From the NCBI GenBank assembly GCA_947491825.1, contig CANLLM010000002.1, positions 10,503 through 74,502 on the forward strand: a stretch of DNA of 64,000 nt, in the 5' to 3' direction. Made by a program: the position numbers and the translations under genes. The notes beneath the pieces are model-generated. The model saw nothing but the letters and a program-made list of their open reading frames with translations. It ran no database searches and was not told the DNA's origin. This document shows positions 60,620 to 64,000 of the stretch, one piece after another (position 1 is the first letter of the stretch; each line of letters opens with the position of its first letter). The stretch comes from Bacteroidota bacterium (GTDB lineage: Bacteria; Bacteroidota; Bacteroidia; UKL13-3).

Positions 60620-61267
60620 CTAACTTTTTACCTGCGTAGGTTTTTTGGCCAAAGAAAAGCGGCTTTCTTCCCCTTTTCTTAATCGTTTAATATTGCTGCG
60701 ATGGGTGTATACAACCAACACGCCAACAACCATGCAAAAGTACACTAAATTTTTTTCCTCCCAATGGTGTATCAACCCAGCATAAAGCGGACTAATTAAA
60801 CCAGACAACATAGAACCTACTGATATGTATTTGGTTATGGCTACAATAACTACAAAAGTAAAAAAGCATGCTAAAGCCAACATCCAATCCATTCCTGCCA
60901 CTACACCAATTACTGTTGCAATTCCTTTGCCGCCCCTAAAACCAGCAAAAACTGGATAAATGTGTCCTAATACAGCCAAAGCGCCAAACAACATTTTGTA
61001 TTCCATCATGTGGTTGGTATTAAATATCAATCCTGGCCAAAACACCAAACTTGCTGCTAAAAATCCTTTCAAAAAATCGAGAAATAAAACGGTAAATCCG
61101 GCAGGTTTACCTAAAACACGTAAAGTGTTGGTCGCGCCTGCATTTCCACTTCCATGTTCACGCACATCAACCCCAAAAAATGCTTTGCCGATCCATACAC
61201 TATTAGGTATTGAGCCCAATAAATACGAAATTAAACAGGCGATAGCAATTAAAATTTGTTCGTTCAT
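60620..61267 (-). CDS. plsY: Glycerol-3-phosphate acyltransferase PlsY
   Basis: 'GSGNAGATN' and 'FRGGKGIAT' PlsY motifs. About 5-6 TM helices. Confidence 0.93.
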   Translation of the reverse strand: MNEQILIAIACLISYLLGSIPNSVWIGKAFFGVDVREHGSGNAGATNTLRVLGKPAGFTVLFLDFLKGFLAASLVFWPGLIFNTNHMMEYKMLFGALAVLGHIYPVFAGFRGGKGIATVIGVVAGMDWMLALACFFTFVVIVAITKYISVGSMLSGLISPLYAGLIHHWEEKNLVYFCMVVGVLVVYTHRSNIKRLRKGEESRFSLAKKPTQVKS

Positions 61268-61268
61268 C

Positions 61269-64000
61269 TTATTTTTTATTGGAGGCGCGTAAAAACTGAT
61301 TCTTAGCCGATATGTTGGCTAAGCGAAGTTTGTAATCATCCTTTTTAGAAATTTTATCAATATTATCCTTTATCAATTTATTATACAAGGCATCAGAACC
61401 AACAGTATACATTACTCCTTTTTGGAATTTAAAATAATACCAGCCACCTGCTATACTTTGTATGTATAAGGTAAAGTCATCCCCACTTCTACGTTTTACC
61501 AATTCCATTTTCCCTTTAACCTTACGTTCAAGCTTGAATCTATCAAATGAATTAATTCCTATATCACCTTCTGATTGCAGCGATTTAGTAATTGGATTCC
61601 ATTTCATATTTAACTCTGAAATGAAAATAGTTTTCTCTAGGTTATTAATCAACTTAATGGTGTTGTCTTCTTGAATCTCTTCCACTACACGTTTTATATT
61701 TTTTTCATCTACTAACTCGGCCAAAGCCTTACTTAAAAATGGCGCATCAAACTTTGGTGTTTCTGCAGCTAAAGATTGATCTGTTAAAGAATCATGCATA
61801 GCCCTTAAAGCAGGTTGTGGGAAAGGGAAATTAAGTAACATCACCAAATTCATTCTGAAACTGGTATCCACTAAACTATAGTATAATTGGCCTGCACTAT
61901 TTACTTCAAACTTGGTAGTTTCATAACCCAAATTAACCCTCCCTTCTCCATTAATGCTTCTCTTTTCTTCGTTTACCACCATTAAGTTTCCTTTGTAGGA
62001 GTTGTTAAATAGTTTTTCAAAACTACCCATCTTAAACTCACTATTTTTTTCATCGTAAAACAAGGTACCTTCTACTTTAAGTAATTCCGGATCGCTCTGG
62101 TTACGCTTGCGTGTAAAGAACATGGTGTATACATGTGACGAGTCGTTGCTCATATTAAATCCGTTATAAATGGTTTGCTGGTTCATGTTTTTAGTAGGCG
62201 ATTTTACATTGATATAAACCGAATCGGGATTTACTACAGCGGCATTTCTAAACCACTCGGTTTTAGGCAAGGGTAAATTATGAATAGGTAAGAAATAACC
62301 ATCATATTCTAAGTTTTTAACTACCGAGGTTAACACGGCATTTCCTCTAAATTGAATTTTAGAACCAACATAAAATTTAATGGTATCAGGTATATATGAT
62401 TTACCAATAAGTTGGTGTGCTTTGTTGATGTATATTTCGTTCATAAAAAATTTCTGAACGTTTTTCTTCTTATCAACGTATTCATATTTACCTGTACCCA
62501 ATACATTAAACTTACCTGCTATTTTAATACTTACATTATCGATATTATGAAAACGGTTAATAGTATCTGCCTGAATTTTAGCGCGATTCAACACATCCAT
62601 ATCGGCATTGCCTCTAATGGTTGTATTATTATTATCAGGAAAAACTTGCGCATCGCCCACTGCAATAAAAGGTACCTTTTTAGCATACATGGTAAAATCT
62701 TTTATGGCTAAAGTAGTAACCGATGTAGTAAACTTTAATGAATCTTGTTGCGGATGGGTAGATACCAAATAGGTGTTATTACCATCGGGCATAGCCGATT
62801 TAAAATCAATTATTTTGGGATCCATGCGCCAGAAAAATTCATCAAAAGAACCAGCATATAAGTTATAATCAAAGAAAGAATTTAGGACGCCTTTTTTATT
62901 GTATTTAAAATCGCCTATCCTGTTCTCTAAATCAACCCTAGCATTAACAGATGATGAGCTGAAGGCAAACTTGCTTGAATCTTTTAAATCGTATAACTTA
63001 AAGTAGGCTTCCTCACTTAAAATTTGATCCGGTTGTAACCAAAAATCAGACGAAGTTAATTGTGCTTCTTCTACATTAATTGCTCCTTTGGCGTGCATGC
63101 TACCCGGTGTATAAATGATAGTACCATCAAGTGTGGCTCTTTTATTACTGAACGGAATTAAGGATTCCGTGCGCGTAATCAACATGGTATCTTGGTAGGG
63201 TATCCAATGGTTGTATGTGTTTGTAGCAACTACATCAGGATAAATAGCAGTTCGCTTGTTATCAAATGTTTTACACTGCCCATTTAAAGAATCAAGTAAC
63301 ATAACAAACTGATCTGATTTAGAAACTGATGCCAGATAATTAATTTCTCCTGTTCCAAAAAATCCTTCGTCACTTAATGATAAATCAACAAAACCTCGTC
63401 CTTTACCTCCATACATTGGATAACCCACATCGTTACGCTTTAATTTAAAACCTAACGACTTATCAGATTGTAGGTACAAAGCATATTTTAAATCGGGAAT
63501 AATACCTCCAGAAACTAAGGTTCCAGCCAACGACATTTTTTCCAAGTCCAACTCATTCAAACTATCCATGGTAAATGGTTCTACGTCAAAATAAAACCGG
63601 TTTCTATCATACACTCCATTTTGGGTTGATGGCTTGTCATAATAAACTTTAGAACCTACATCGGATTTAAAAATAGGGTATCCAGGAAATTTCTTTCGCC
63701 CACTTTTGTTATACGGATGATCAATTGCCAATGTACCATAAATGTTTTGAAGCGCACTTTTAATAGGTAAATCAACCCCTAGTTTTGAATCACGAAACAA
63801 AAACTTCATCGAATCCACATTATTTAAACGTACTTGAAAAGAACTGTAGTCGAAACTAAAACCGTTGCCATAAAAATCAGCCTTACCTGCACGCAATTTG
63901 CCCGAAAAATCCATGTTACGATTTTTCTTTAATGTTACCCGTTGATCACGTGGAATGATGTAAACATTTTGCGAATCGCTAAAATAAAACTGAGGCACAC
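61269..64000 (-). CDS. Very large conserved hypothetical protein, 5' partial (continues beyond the window end)
   Basis: The open frame runs to the window edge; the GTG at 63998 in the ORF track is not a real start. More than 909 aa, beta-rich, with no motif I recognise. The stop lies 1 nt from the plsY ATG. Confidence 0.7.
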   Translation of the reverse strand, partial: VPQFYFSDSQNVYIIPRDQRVTLKKNRNMDFSGKLRAGKADFYGNGFSFDYSSFQVRLNNVDSMKFLFRDSKLGVDLPIKSALQNIYGTLAIDHPYNKSGRKKFPGYPIFKSDVGSKVYYDKPSTQNGVYDRNRFYFDVEPFTMDSLNELDLEKMSLAGTLVSGGIIPDLKYALYLQSDKSLGFKLKRNDVGYPMYGGKGRGFVDLSLSDEGFFGTGEINYLASVSKSDQFVMLLDSLNGQCKTFDNKRTAIYPDVVATNTYNHWIPYQDTMLITRTESLIPFSNKRATLDGTIIYTPGSMHAKGAINVEEAQLTSSDFWLQPDQILSEEAYFKLYDLKDSSKFAFSSSSVNARVDLENRIGDFKYNKKGVLNSFFDYNLYAGSFDEFFWRMDPKIIDFKSAMPDGNNTYLVSTHPQQDSLKFTTSVTTLAIKDFTMYAKKVPFIAVGDAQVFPDNNNTTIRGNADMDVLNRAKIQADTINRFHNIDNVSIKIAGKFNVLGTGKYEYVDKKKNVQKFFMNEIYINKAHQLIGKSYIPDTIKFYVGSKIQFRGNAVLTSVVKNLEYDGYFLPIHNLPLPKTEWFRNAAVVNPDSVYINVKSPTKNMNQQTIYNGFNMSNDSSHVYTMFFTRKRNQSDPELLKVEGTLFYDEKNSEFKMGSFEKLFNNSYKGNLMVVNEEKRSINGEGRVNLGYETTKFEVNSAGQLYYSLVDTSFRMNLVMLLNFPFPQPALRAMHDSLTDQSLAAETPKFDAPFLSKALAELVDEKNIKRVVEEIQEDNTIKLINNLEKTIFISELNMKWNPITKSLQSEGDIGINSFDRFKLERKVKGKMELVKRRSGDDFTLYIQSIAGGWYYFKFQKGVMYTVGSDALYNKLIKDNIDKISKKDDYKLRLANISAKNQFLRASNKK

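Overview
AT-rich chromosomal segment that looks like Bacteroidota. The evidence is two proteins with T9SS type-A C-terminal sorting domains, the parA-parB-DUF5683-dapB-lepB gene order, an OlsF-like lipid acyltransferase, and a TonB-dependent receptor with a CarboxypepD_reg-like N-domain. About 50 protein-coding genes are packed tightly. Most are housekeeping: lpdA, serS, tyrS, topA, aroB/aroA/aroC, dapB, lepB, parAB, mdh, scoAB, plsY, clpS, an ABC-F ATPase and an MsbA-like exporter. I found no rRNA, tRNA, CRISPR array, transposase or integrase, so this is not an obvious mobile island. The stand-out is a nine-gene plus-strand block at about 12.16-20.30 kb. It opens with an ECF sigma / anti-sigma / Spy-CpxP-like envelope module. 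A translationally packed set follows: an 82-aa PqqD-like protein ending in Glu, an ATP-grasp ligase, a fold-type-III (DapDC-like) PLP decarboxylase, a urea-channel::M23-peptidase fusion with an unassigned C-terminal domain, a TPR-plus-beta-barrel outer-membrane protein, and a secreted TPR protein. I know of no described pathway with this combination. I propose it as a candidate carrier-tethered, RiPP-like or peptidoglycan-editing system. Secondary observations: (1) a ~870-codon repeat-rich T9SS surface-protein gene is interrupted by two in-frame TAA codons with the frame otherwise intact; (2) a head-to-head pair of DnaA-box-like 9-mers plus a thrice-repeated TTTCACG motif lies in the spacer next to parAB; (3) a 12-bp perfect inverted repeat brackets the leader of the TonB-dependent receptor; (4) a 30-codon uORF with a GC-rich hairpin sits upstream of the ABC-F gene; (5) a sensor kinase is translationally coupled (ATGA) to a 1167-aa putative OM barrel. 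All functional calls rest on motif recognition by eye. No database search was run.
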